64,000 nt of DNA from a virus (taxonomy: Duplodnaviria > Caudoviricetes). The notes beneath the pieces are model-generated. The model had not been told where the DNA came from, ran no database searches, and saw nothing but the letters and a program-made list of their open reading frames with translations. Where the stretch lies: IMG/VR virus record IMGVR_UViG_3300027754_000037; one strand, given 5' to 3'. A program made the position numbers and the translations under genes. This document shows positions 1 through 9,600 of this stretch, one piece after another. The stretch's first letter is position 1. Each line of letters begins with the position of its first letter.

Positions 1-564
1 TGTTCTTTTGTTAATCAACTGGCGCAAAATCAAGGTTTCGGCAACCTGCAAAACCCTGTTGAAAAATTCAAATGTGAATTCCTTGAAACACATGATTCCC
101 CCCAAGGGGACCCAATTTTTTAAGTAATATTCTTTGTTGTTTGGCATCACTTCCCAAAAATCGCCCGCCATTTTTTCTGCGTTTTGGAATGTAAAAGTAG
201 CGTCAGGAGCGAAGATGCAGGCTCTGAATTGATTTTCAGGAAATGGCTGAAAACCTTGTTGACTTATCAAGACATGAGGATCGATAATCGTAAATTCATT
301 TTTGATCTTGTTATTTTGTATGCAATGAATTAAAGAATATAATTGATTTAGTTTTACAAATCCCCTTTTATGGCCGATATTATTGTGTAAAAATTTATTG
401 TTGTGATTGTTGATGTTTACGGGGAAAAAATACCCCGGATCATCCGTTTCTGCCACGGATATAATAAGATTATTTGCTTCACCCTGAGCAATAAAACTCT
501 CTATCATCAATTCATATTGCCATTGATAATAGGTTGTGTTTTCGCTGCTGACAAAATACTCCAT
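1..564 (-). CDS. Partial CDS running off the left edge; weak resemblance to hydroxyproline O-arabinosyltransferase/serine galactosyltransferase (HPAT/SRGT1-like) GT fold
   Basis: Absent from the ORF track. Manual translation from ATG at 564 is open to base 1: MEYFVSSENTTYYQWQYELMIESF...KLNQLYSL...TIIDPHVL. This resembles the recalled HPAT pattern SVECxxYFDWQ...INKP...ILDADM. Confidence 0.5.
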   Translation of the reverse strand, partial: MEYFVSSENTTYYQWQYELMIESFIAQGEANNLIISVAETDDPGYFFPVNINNHNNKFLHNNIGHKRGFVKLNQLYSLIHCIQNNKIKNEFTIIDPHVLISQQGFQPFPENQFRACIFAPDATFTFQNAEKMAGDFWEVMPNNKEYYLKNWVPLGGIMCFKEFTFEFFNRVLQVAETLILRQLINKRT

Positions 565-583
565 GTTTTTATTGAGTAACAGC

Positions 584-591
584 TATAAATA
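584..591 (+). promoter_or_regulatory. T4-type late promoter element TATAAATA
   Basis: Exact T4 gp55 consensus 35 nt upstream of the ATG at 627, in a divergent intergenic gap. Confidence 0.55.
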
Positions 592-626
592 TTTCCGCTT
601 TTCCAAAGTGTTTTCAGGCGGCATGA

Positions 627-959
627 ATGTCATATGAAGCATACAAACAAGTAGTCGATATCCTAAAACAAAGATGCAAGCTTGCGTTTCCGGTAAGCAT
701 ACGCAGAACCAGTCTTAAAAATCTCGATGGGGATTGTTGCCTAAAAAACAAAAAATTCTACATTAGAATAGACAGCAACCTCAGCGAAGCTTCTGCAATA
801 GACACTATTTTGCATGAATTTGCCCATGCCCGTGCGTGGAATCATCTACACGACTCTCTCAACCCCCACGAATTTCAGGACCAAGTTCATGATGCCTCAT
901 GGGGAGTGGCATATAGCGAAGTTTATCAAATATACGAAAAGAATTTTTTAAAAAACTAG
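627..959 (+). CDS. Small HExxH zinc metallopeptidase-like protein (SprT/ImmA-like)
   Basis: DTILHEFAHA motif preceded by a beta-rich GDC...FYIRID segment. Confidence 0.6.
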   Translation: MSYEAYKQVVDILKQRCKLAFPVSIRRTSLKNLDGDCCLKNKKFYIRIDSNLSEASAIDTILHEFAHARAWNHLHDSLNPHEFQDQVHDASWGVAYSEVYQIYEKNFLKN

Positions 960-1567
960 TGCTCGTGCGACACATTATTTGGAATATCATTAATGACTAT
1001 TTTCTTAATATTAGGAAATTTCGTTTTAACCTCAGGAACAAATTCCTTAAATTTAAGTATTTGATCTGGTCTATCTTCGTGAATTTCAAGTGTTTTATAA
1101 TTTGGGTTCAAGAGACCCATAATAAAATTGAATTTAATTTCAAAAGTGCTGCTGCCAACAGTTCCCGGTTGGCCAGTCAGGAAATATCCGTCCATTTTGA
1201 GGTCAGCATGATCAAGAATCTGCGTAATCCTGCGACGAAACTGGTTGGGACGACCCGTCATCAACACAACGGTAGCTTCAGAATCACTTAGATCATTCTT
1301 ACAGCTTTCAACTGACTTGGTGATATACCATTCTGGTCCCGGCATTTCAGGAACCAAGGGAGGCGACAAAGTTTCTAGCCTGCCCCACCATCCACGATGA
1401 GGCCAAGGATATCCAGTTATATCTTTATATAAAACCTTACCAGTATCTGAGTCTGGGGAATGAAACAAAGTGCCATCGAAGTCGTAGATGATCAATCTAG
1501 ACACATTAACTGCGCTCTCGTTCAGTCTATTCTGGCAATATTCCTTAAATCTTGATATTTTAGCCAT
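956..1567 (-). CDS. HAD-superfamily phosphatase, Swiss-army-knife RNA repair-like (HAD_SAK type)
   Basis: IIYDFDGTLFHSP (DxD motif I), WW motif, LMTGR (motif II), IHEDR (motif IV). Confidence 0.8.
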   Translation of the reverse strand: MAKISRFKEYCQNRLNESAVNVSRLIIYDFDGTLFHSPDSDTGKVLYKDITGYPWPHRGWWGRLETLSPPLVPEMPGPEWYITKSVESCKNDLSDSEATVVLMTGRPNQFRRRITQILDHADLKMDGYFLTGQPGTVGSSTFEIKFNFIMGLLNPNYKTLEIHEDRPDQILKFKEFVPEVKTKFPNIKKIVINDIPNNVSHEH

Positions 1568-3038
1568 TTTGCTTGCTTCTTAAGTCATTCCAGCGGTTGG
1601 TCATCAAAGTGCGCTTAATGGCATCAAATTCGCCACCTACTGGGGTTCTGCCCATGAACTTGAGATAAAGAGGGTTGATCTTCCTTTTGCCGTCATCTTC
1701 GCTTTGATAGGGAGAAAGATCACCGCTGTCAAAACTGAGGAAGGTATCCACATCGGGATTGTGGGCCTTTGCCATCTGCATCCAATCCTTGATCTTGGAC
1801 CTAGTCAAACCGCTGTGGGTTTGAACCATATCATAAAACTGATCGGGATCAAACTTACCTTTCGACCATTGGAATAACTTAACCAAGTAAACCACATCGT
1901 TAGCTTCTTGTTTAGACCAACCGCCTTGCAATAGAATCTGACGAACATCGTCAGGATTGTTGTTGCGCATGGTCCAAGCAGCCGACATCCATCTGTCGTT
2001 CCTGAGTTCTTCCGGCAAGTCGTCTCCGCTAAATTCAATATTCGGGAAAATTAAATTCAACAAACCAGAATCTGAAGCTGTCTTCATATATTTTCTGGCA
2101 TCAGTATCTGGATTTTCTAAACCCTTGACAAACTCTGTCTTGGCACAGCCCGAGGGCAATTTCCAGTCTTTGTGAGCTTTGACGACACTCATATACTTGT
2201 CTGGAAGTGAATTGCCTTTTCCAAAACGATTGAAGTGGTTTAGCAAGCGAAATGCCGTCATGGGATCTTCCTTCATGCGATCACCAAACTTCTCTCCAAC
2301 AGCCTTGATCTCACCAGACTTCAAATGATTGGCACCGCCGAATGGATCAATCAGATCGCTGTTGGGACCATCTTCGTTGGTCAAGGGAATATACATGGAG
2401 TTGATGGTGAAGTCACGATTTGATGCATCTTCCTCGATGTTTGCTGCGCTCATGGCATCATCTGGTGTGAAGTTTTTGCTTTTGGGAGACTTAGAAAGTG
2501 TCGAAAGAATAAAGGGTTGGCCATTCACCTCAGCCGTAATCTCCATTTCCTTGCTTTTTTTGTCCCACTTGCTGGCATAGAAAACTTTGTTCTTATTGCC
2601 AGCAACAGGCAGGCTGGAATAATTCTTGATAGCTCCGTGGCTGGGTTTGACCTCTTTGAAACCATTTTGAGACAGAATCATTCTGATTTCGCTTGGTGTA
2701 GCATCTGTGACCAGATCATAGTTGTTGGGAGTTTTTCCCATGAGGTGGTCACGAACTGCACCTCCTGTCAAATACAGAGATTTCTTTTTGAGTTGAGGTT
2801 CAACTTCGCCTTTGTTTTTTTCAATCGTCGTGTAGCCAACAGTCACCTTGTTGGAATTTGTAAATGCCTTGACGACCTTGGCAAGATTGGCATGATTGGA
2901 CTTATCAATCATGAATGGCGTGAATTCCTTATCGCCACCTTCCTTCTTTTGGAGCTTGATTTTTGCGGTAACGCCTGTGACTGGCTCCGCTTCTTTTTCT
3001 TCTCTAAATTTCAAATAATCTGAGAAATAATGTGCCAT
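1560..3038 (-). CDS. Class II tRNA nucleotidyltransferase/poly(A) polymerase family protein with altered catalytic motifs
   Basis: LYLTGGAVRDHL, NYDLVTDA, EEDASNRDFTINSM, DPFGG, EDPMTAFR. Overlaps the downstream HAD gene by 8 nt. Confidence 0.85.
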   Translation of the reverse strand: MAHYFSDYLKFREEKEAEPVTGVTAKIKLQKKEGGDKEFTPFMIDKSNHANLAKVVKAFTNSNKVTVGYTTIEKNKGEVEPQLKKKSLYLTGGAVRDHLMGKTPNNYDLVTDATPSEIRMILSQNGFKEVKPSHGAIKNYSSLPVAGNKNKVFYASKWDKKSKEMEITAEVNGQPFILSTLSKSPKSKNFTPDDAMSAANIEEDASNRDFTINSMYIPLTNEDGPNSDLIDPFGGANHLKSGEIKAVGEKFGDRMKEDPMTAFRLLNHFNRFGKGNSLPDKYMSVVKAHKDWKLPSGCAKTEFVKGLENPDTDARKYMKTASDSGLLNLIFPNIEFSGDDLPEELRNDRWMSAAWTMRNNNPDDVRQILLQGGWSKQEANDVVYLVKLFQWSKGKFDPDQFYDMVQTHSGLTRSKIKDWMQMAKAHNPDVDTFLSFDSGDLSPYQSEDDGKRKINPLYLKFMGRTPVGGEFDAIKRTLMTNRWNDLRSKQNG

Positions 3039-3092
3039 GTGACATCCCTAGCTGTAAGATTGTAAATTATTTAGCCGTTTATCCTGTATTTT

Positions 3093-3401
3093 TCAATCAT
3101 TCGGAGGACTTTGTAAATTCAAGAAGTAAAGTATCGTGCCTCCTATTACCATCAAGGCAATTTTCCATAGACTATCGAAAATTCTGCCCCAAATACCATC
3201 GACAGCTTCTAATTTTTTTTGCATCACATCTAAACTATGTTTAATGTCCTTGATTTCATTATTAATAATGAGAATATCTTTGTCAATACTCTCGTTTTTT
3301 TCAGTATGATTTTCTAAAGACTTAACGATGGTTGTGATGCGTTCATCGTGCCTTGTCACTATGTCAGAAACATCTGAAGTTGTTTTCTTGGCTGGTGGCA
3401 T
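3093..3401 (-). CDS. Coiled-coil protein with one C-terminal TM helix (holin/XhlA-like architecture)
   Basis: Heptad-rich N-terminal part, then IALMVIGGTILYFLNL. Confidence 0.55.
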   Translation of the reverse strand: MPPAKKTTSDVSDIVTRHDERITTIVKSLENHTEKNESIDKDILIINNEIKDIKHSLDVMQKKLEAVDGIWGRIFDSLWKIALMVIGGTILYFLNLQSPPND

Positions 3402-3441
3402 AATTTTCCATTTCTATTAACCCGACCCTATATATTTAGTG

Positions 3442-3951
3442 ATGAGTAATACAACAAAAATTGAAGAAAAAACAGAAGTTGTCATCATCGAAGAGTCCGA
3501 ATCTTCGTTTGAGCAACGAGTTGATTCCATGCTGCCAAAAATGAATGTGAGCATCCCAGAGAACTCAGGGCCACCGGCAGATGCTTTGATCAGCGACCAG
3601 CATTATTTAACGGTGTTGGACGAGATCATGAACAACATCCGTGACGACCGCAAGCAGGTTGATGATTTTTTGTCAACTTTCGCAAATATGGTCATAAATG
3701 ACGGCGATGCCACCACATCCAGCAAGGAGGCGATGGTCAATCTCGTGAAAACCAAGGTTGATCTTCAGGACAAGATGCTGAAGGCAGCGGACTTGATGAC
3801 AAGGCTGAAATTGAAAAACACTTATGCTTATTCTGGACCACATTTGAACGCCCTTCAGCAAAACAACATAAATATTGGTACGGATAACACAACTTTCAAT
3901 CGAAAAGAGCTTATTAGAGCCATCAATCAAGCGAAGAAGAAAAAGGATTAA
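3442..3951 (+). CDS. Helical hypothetical protein; possible terminase small subunit
   Basis: Helical-hairpin core (NIRDDRKQVDDFL...KEAMVNLVKTK) and an NNINI tail, loosely like TerS architecture. The product call is weak. Confidence 0.4.
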   Translation: MSNTTKIEEKTEVVIIEESESSFEQRVDSMLPKMNVSIPENSGPPADALISDQHYLTVLDEIMNNIRDDRKQVDDFLSTFANMVINDGDATTSSKEAMVNLVKTKVDLQDKMLKAADLMTRLKLKNTYAYSGPHLNALQQNNINIGTDNTTFNRKELIRAINQAKKKKD

Positions 3952-3953
3952 TT

Positions 3954-5276
3954 ATGTCAAGGCACGCACTCGAAGAATGGCTGGTAGAAGCAAGTGGCGA
4001 TGTTCCGGGCGGTCAATCTCCTATGGGACAGCCAGATTTCCCTCCTATGGGTGGTCCTCCTCCCGGCGACCCAAATGCCGCCAATCCTCCTGCTCCCAAT
4101 ATGGCTCCACCCGGTGCTGCACCCCAGCAGAATTCTCCAGATGCTGAGAAAAAAGCAGCAGAAATGCCCGATGTCAGCAAGGACCCCCAATCTCCCGACA
4201 TGCCCGAAAAAGCATCCGATCAGGATTTTGAAACTTGGAAAAACGAATTTTTCAAAGAAAGCGTCAAGGGAGATGTCGGCAAGCTAATCGAAATGGTCCA
4301 GCAAATTAGGGATGCGGAATTGGAAGCCTATCCCCGCAAATTCGTGGAAGATAACCTTCAAATTTGCTTTCTGCGCCAAAATGCCAACATTGAAAAGGCA
4401 GGAAAGGCTATTCGCAACAACATCAAGCAGAATCTCGACCAGAATAATCCCTCTGTTTCCCTTGTGAACCACCTACTAAGCGCTCTTCAAGTGACTCCAG
4501 AATTGAACAATGTATTCATCAAGCTGAAAGGTCTTCTGGGAATGAAGGGCGACCTTCACCGCAAGTACATGGCGAGCCTTCTTGGAGCAGTACAGGTCGG
4601 TACTGGTGGCAACAACGAAGACATCATTTATAACGAGCGTGATTATTCAATTCGCATTTCGACCCGCTTCAATGATAAGTGGGGAAGAGTCGATATCGGT
4701 AAATGGAGCCTAAAAGAAGACGATCCCGAGCGTTATCTCACCGAGCCTGAGCAAAAGAGAATGGAAGAAGGCAGTCCTGAGGAGAAAGATGTTCTTCGAC
4801 GCAGAGTGGTGATGGAGTCGATTGCCGAGGGTTTCAAGAAAAGAAGCTTTATGATTCATGTTGTAGGACAGGATGGTACTGTTGCCACACTTGGTTGGGA
4901 TTTATCTGGTAGCTTGAAGAGTGCTTATACCTCAGGAAAGCTGGTTGTAAAAACAATTCAGAGTGATAATTCCGAAGCCATGATTGATGATGACGGCGAA
5001 ATCATCCCTTACATGGACATCAAGATCAAATATGTGAAAGATGCCGATGGTGGCGTTGACGAAGATGGCAAGCCAGCCAAGGAAGATCATGATTTCATGG
5101 AGCGGATTGACGGAATGCTATTCCTGACCGCTCAATACAAAATTCTGAAGGAAGCTGCTTCAAGCTTCAGCGGTATTGTCCTGAAGGAAACGCCCTATAC
5201 CGGCAATCCGAGCGACCTGAAGACCATCATGCGCTGTGTTCCAAGTGCTCCTGAGCTTTTAATGAGGAATTGCTGA
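3954..5276 (+). CDS. Hypothetical protein with Pro-rich disordered N-terminus
   Basis: 440-aa ORF tightly packed between its neighbours; no motif recognised. Confidence 0.75.
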   Translation: MSRHALEEWLVEASGDVPGGQSPMGQPDFPPMGGPPPGDPNAANPPAPNMAPPGAAPQQNSPDAEKKAAEMPDVSKDPQSPDMPEKASDQDFETWKNEFFKESVKGDVGKLIEMVQQIRDAELEAYPRKFVEDNLQICFLRQNANIEKAGKAIRNNIKQNLDQNNPSVSLVNHLLSALQVTPELNNVFIKLKGLLGMKGDLHRKYMASLLGAVQVGTGGNNEDIIYNERDYSIRISTRFNDKWGRVDIGKWSLKEDDPERYLTEPEQKRMEEGSPEEKDVLRRRVVMESIAEGFKKRSFMIHVVGQDGTVATLGWDLSGSLKSAYTSGKLVVKTIQSDNSEAMIDDDGEIIPYMDIKIKYVKDADGGVDEDGKPAKEDHDFMERIDGMLFLTAQYKILKEAASSFSGIVLKETPYTGNPSDLKTIMRCVPSAPELLMRNC

Positions 5277-5277
5277 T

Positions 5278-5754
5278 ATGCGACAATTTTTAGAATTCGT
5301 AGACCGCAAACAGCGTGAGACCAAACGACAATTGAAATTGGTCGAGAAGGCTTTGCGTAAAGGCAACTTCCATGTTTACTCCCATCTTGAAGATGATGAT
5401 CCTTATCTTTTCGTGAGGAGCCCTTCAAAAAAGCTTAGCTTTGAAGGAATCCGTGTTTACACGATTGGAGATCAAGTTGCCTATCGTGTTCAAAAAATGG
5501 AAAAAACCGAGCCTTATGGCAAATCTTATTCCTTGAATATCGAAGACATGTTCAATGACTACATGGGAGAGGACATGGACGAGGAAGAGGCTGGGAAAAA
5601 GGTTGTTGAGAGCATGGTCTCTGAATTGAAGAAGTTTTTTAGCAAGAGCGAGGAAGCTGAAGAGGAAATGAGATCGAAGACCGGAGATGGAGTTGGTCTG
5701 ATTGTTAAGACTGGCGGCAGCGATTACAGCAGTACGGTACTAAATAGGTTGTAA
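5278..5754 (+). CDS. Hypothetical protein (possible head-packaged protein)
   Basis: 158-aa ORF with N-terminus MRQFLEFVDRKQRE. Confidence 0.75.
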   Translation: MRQFLEFVDRKQRETKRQLKLVEKALRKGNFHVYSHLEDDDPYLFVRSPSKKLSFEGIRVYTIGDQVAYRVQKMEKTEPYGKSYSLNIEDMFNDYMGEDMDEEEAGKKVVESMVSELKKFFSKSEEAEEEMRSKTGDGVGLIVKTGGSDYSSTVLNRL

Positions 5755-5762
5755 GGAGGACC

Positions 5763-5948
5763 ATGAGCGAAGAGCAACAGAAGAGTGATTCAGAGCTTTT
5801 GGCTGTTATTTTGGCTATCTTTTTGCCTCCACTTGGAGTTTTTCTCAAGAGAGGTTTGGACGCACAGTTCGTTATCAACATTTTATTGACTTTGTTTGGA
5901 TGGTTGCCGGGTATTATTCACGCACTTTATGTTATTCTGAAAAAGTAA
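5763..5948 (+). CDS. yqaE: Pmp3/YqaE (UPF0057) family membrane proteolipid
   Basis: ILAIFLPPLGVF...INILLTLFGWLPGIIHALYVI signature; AAGGAG RBS. Confidence 0.9.
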   Translation: MSEEQQKSDSELLAVILAIFLPPLGVFLKRGLDAQFVINILLTLFGWLPGIIHALYVILKK

Positions 5949-5970
5949 TAAGGCCGGTTGCAACAAACAT

Positions 5971-6000
5971 AAAAAAGTCCCGTTTCGACGGGGCTTTTTT
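5971..6000. terminator. Bidirectional intrinsic terminator
   Basis: AAAAAAGTCCCGT-TTCG-ACGGGGCTTTTTT hairpin with a UUCG loop and A/T tails. Confidence 0.85.
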
Positions 6001-6024
6001 GTTTTATGGTCCTGTAGATAAGGT

Positions 6025-6540
6025 ATGGCAGTACCATTTGTCGATGCTGTGATTCCCGGCGGTCTTCTCAATACCACGAGTACGAGTTCTGCGATCAATC
6101 GTGGAAGTTTAGTTACATTCAATTATCTTTTTCATAAACCGGGACACGATCCTGCTCCGATGGTTTTAATCACAGACATTTGGCCACAGTATATTCGTGG
6201 GATTAATTTACACTATTTAACTTTTCCTGTGATTAAAAAACTTGCTTTTCCTTCACCGGGGAGAAGCGTGTGTGACAGCCCAATTTTTACCTATCAATAT
6301 ATAAAAGGCAACAACTATATAGTTTCATCTTTCCGTCAGTATAAACGCAACGGAATCGAGCGTCTGAAGAAGCTGGATTGTGCGTTTATAGTGAATGCTC
6401 TCGCCGTATCTCGGTCATTTGACCCCAACGAGATAGAAGCGATTCGCAAGTCTGTGCGAGAGCAAATTCGTCGCATGGTTAACCAACCAGCAGCACCCAC
6501 AGGCGAAATGACATTTGGACAGGCTCCACCAACAACATAA
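6025..6540 (+). CDS. DNA end protector protein (T4 gp2-like)
   Basis: LVTFNY...DPAPMVL...GINLHYL motif; located next to tail genes. Confidence 0.7.
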   Translation: MAVPFVDAVIPGGLLNTTSTSSAINRGSLVTFNYLFHKPGHDPAPMVLITDIWPQYIRGINLHYLTFPVIKKLAFPSPGRSVCDSPIFTYQYIKGNNYIVSSFRQYKRNGIERLKKLDCAFIVNALAVSRSFDPNEIEAIRKSVREQIRRMVNQPAAPTGEMTFGQAPPTT

Positions 6541-6609
6541 TTGTCGATAGGAGTCCTAAATATGTCAACTAATTTCTCATATAAAAATAAGTCGAAATCA
6601 TAGGATATC

Positions 6610-9600
6610 ATGGCAGACAATGTAGGTCGTAGCATAGACGCACTAAATTTGACAATAGGTCAATTAAAAGACTTGTTAAATACGAAGTGTAGCACTCCCA
6701 CGCCTATGGGTGGAGGCAGTTCTGGAAGTTTAGGAGAATTAGCTCAAGTTCTAGAGAAATTTACCAAAGATTTTAAAAAGGAAATGGAAGATCAAACCAA
6801 ACATCTAAAAGATGTCTTGGGCGCAAAATCAAGCGTAGATGGTAAAAGGGCCGCAAATAAGAAAACAAAACCAGTTGCTGACAATGCTGACTCTCTCGGA
6901 TCAGATGATTACTTGGATGATGTTAGTGACAATTACAAATTCATGAATGCACTCGAGTCATCTTTACAAAAGAACAAATTAAAGTTTGATAGGCAGTATT
7001 TGGCCACAGCGACCCAAAATATACGCACAAGACATACTGAACTCAGCCATTTAGACGAAAAAGCATTCTTGGCAAAATTAGAAAGTGAAACCTACTATAA
7101 AAAAGCTCTTGCAGATGAAACCTTAGCTCTGAAACAAAATATTAGTGCTGCACGCCAGCTTCGTGATCAGTTTAGCGAAATTCAAAGTATGTTGGGTTCC
7201 TTTGAGCAAAGTCTTGGACTCAAGACCACAGAGACTTTGTTTGGTGGAATAGTTGAACAAGAAATGAAGTTCACTCAGGAAATTCGTGCCACAGCATACG
7301 AGACAGCAGGTGCTACCAAGGAAGCTCGTGGACTTCAAAGAGCATTCGAGGATATTGGCAAGTCTGTAGCACAGACTGGTGTCAACAGAACTGAATTCCA
7401 AAAATCTTATCAGCAAGCTCTGCGAAGCGGTGTCAAAGACCTTAAGCAGGCAGGCAATCTCACCACAGCGCAACTGAATACCGAAAAACAGTTGGGGATG
7501 GAAGCAGGTTCTTTGCAAGACACATTCCAAGATTTGGCGATGTCTGGTCGCATGAATTCTGGACAGATAGCCGACATGGGTCGTGGCATGAGAGATGTAG
7601 CCAAAGCTACAGGCTTAACAGGCGAAGCTCTTAGAGGGGCTATCGACAGCAGTAAAGAGTTAATTCGTGATTTAAGAAACGCATCACAGTTGACGGCAGC
7701 TTCTGCCAAGAATGTCATCGAAATTTCGGCAAATGCCAAAAAACTTGGAGTTGAATCAGAGGTCAATAATTTGATGAAAGGTTTGGTTTCATCGAATAAT
7801 CTTATCCTTGATGCCTCGAACGAAACAAGAACATTGATTCTTCAAGCTGCCAGCAAAGTAGGCAGAGTTGAAGATGCTATGAATGGCACAATAACAAGAT
7901 CAAAGGAAGGCATCAAAGACTTGGCCAAGGGTATGGAGAAAATCCTTAAAGATTTTGGAGTCAATGGTGTTGAAGAAATCGACAATCTTTCAGACACAGC
8001 AAAAAGAGATTTAAATCTTAGAATCAAAGCTGTTTATGGTATGGAGCTTGGACAATTTAGATCAACTCTTGAAAGTATGAAGGAAAGCGGTAAGGGTCTG
8101 GGAGACAGACTGGAAGACATCAATAAAAAACTGCAACAAAATGCAACAACTGAAGAAAAAAAGGTATTGATGGAGCAGCAACGCCAGTTGAAAACATCCA
8201 AGCAATTAGAGGTTTTGACTGCGTTAGATGAAGCTGCCAAGGGTGCTAAGGACATGGGTCAAGCCCTGTCTAAATTTGGAGATCGCAAAAAAGACTTTGA
8301 AAAAGACATGCAAGCCTTGGGCACTTCTTGGACAAGCGAAACCCAAGTTGCTAGAGATGCGATCAAGGGATCTTTGGAAAGCGTTAATGAAGGTCTCAAG
8401 AAAGCTGGCAAGGAAGAGATCAAGATCAGCAGCGACGAAATTGAAAAAGCCATCAAAGACCCGACTGCTCTGCGTGAATTGACTGCCAAGATCACAAAGG
8501 GTGAACAACAGTTGGCAACAGCGCAAAAAGCACAACTTGATCCTGTCACAGAAACAAATCAGAAGCTGACTGAGATTAATGACACTTTGAGAAATATGTC
8601 TCAAAATGTTATCTCTAAACTGTTCAATAGTTTCTTGGGCAAAATAATCATGATAGGAGGTGTTCTTTCTGGTATCGGAGCGGCAGTTATAGGTCTTGGA
8701 GTGACTGGAAAAAATGCTTATGACACGCTCGGTAAGTTAATAAAGGGTGGGCAAGATTTATACGGAGGCAAGCAAGAAAGCTTCGTAAGTAATATCAAAA
8801 AGTATTTTGGAATAGGTGGCAAGAAGAATGCTACTCCTGAAGGTGGAGCGTCTTCTCCAACGGAGGCAGCAGCAGCAGCGGCAGCAGCGGCAGCAGCAAC
8901 AGCGCCTAAGGAAACAGCACCTAAGTCAGCAGAAGCGGTCACCAAGGCTACGACAGAGGGAAAGGGAGGAAGATATGTAAAAATTCTGGAAGAGTCTCTG
9001 AAAGAGCTTAATTCTATTTCAAACACTATGTCGCAATCAAGTCTCTTCCTTCAAAAAATATCAGAATGCATTTGCAGACCCAGAAAAGCAGCGGCAGCGG
9101 GCACCCCACCCGGTGCTGGAGGAACTAGTGCTGATTCTGCTGCTCGAGTAGCCCTCCAGAGAGAACAAAAAACCAATGTCAAAACGGATGCCAAACTCAA
9201 CGAAAAGCAGTTAAAAGAGCAAAATAAAGAAATTAAAAGAGGAAAAAGAGAAGACATAATTCAGAGAGCGGAGACAAAGGGAGCCAAAGCTGCTGCTAAA
9301 GAAAGCAAGGGAGGAAAAGTAGATTGTCCTCCAACAGCAGAAGCAGGTTGTTTAGAACCCAGCGTGATGGAAAATATGGGAGCAGAGATGAAAAAGGCCG
9401 CTCCTGCTATTCTCATGTTTGCTGCTGGAGCACTTTTGTTGGGTATTGCGCTGATGTGGCTTGCCAACAAGTTGCTTGCGGCCTTGAATCTTGATGCTGC
9501 AAAAATTGCAGAGACTGCCGAGTCGTTAATTGTGATTGTCGGAGTAACGGCAGCTATCGCCGCTGCTGCTTATGCAGCGGGCAAAGTCTTGATGTCTGAA

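Noticed and set aside
6541-6609. Tail-chaperone frameshift site expected before the TMP
   Set aside because: The upstream gene is the DNA end protector, and no chaperone pair or slippery site is evident.
8866-8900. GCA/GCG triplet run as a contingency locus
   Set aside because: It is an in-frame poly-Ala linker with mixed codons; slippage would not switch phase.
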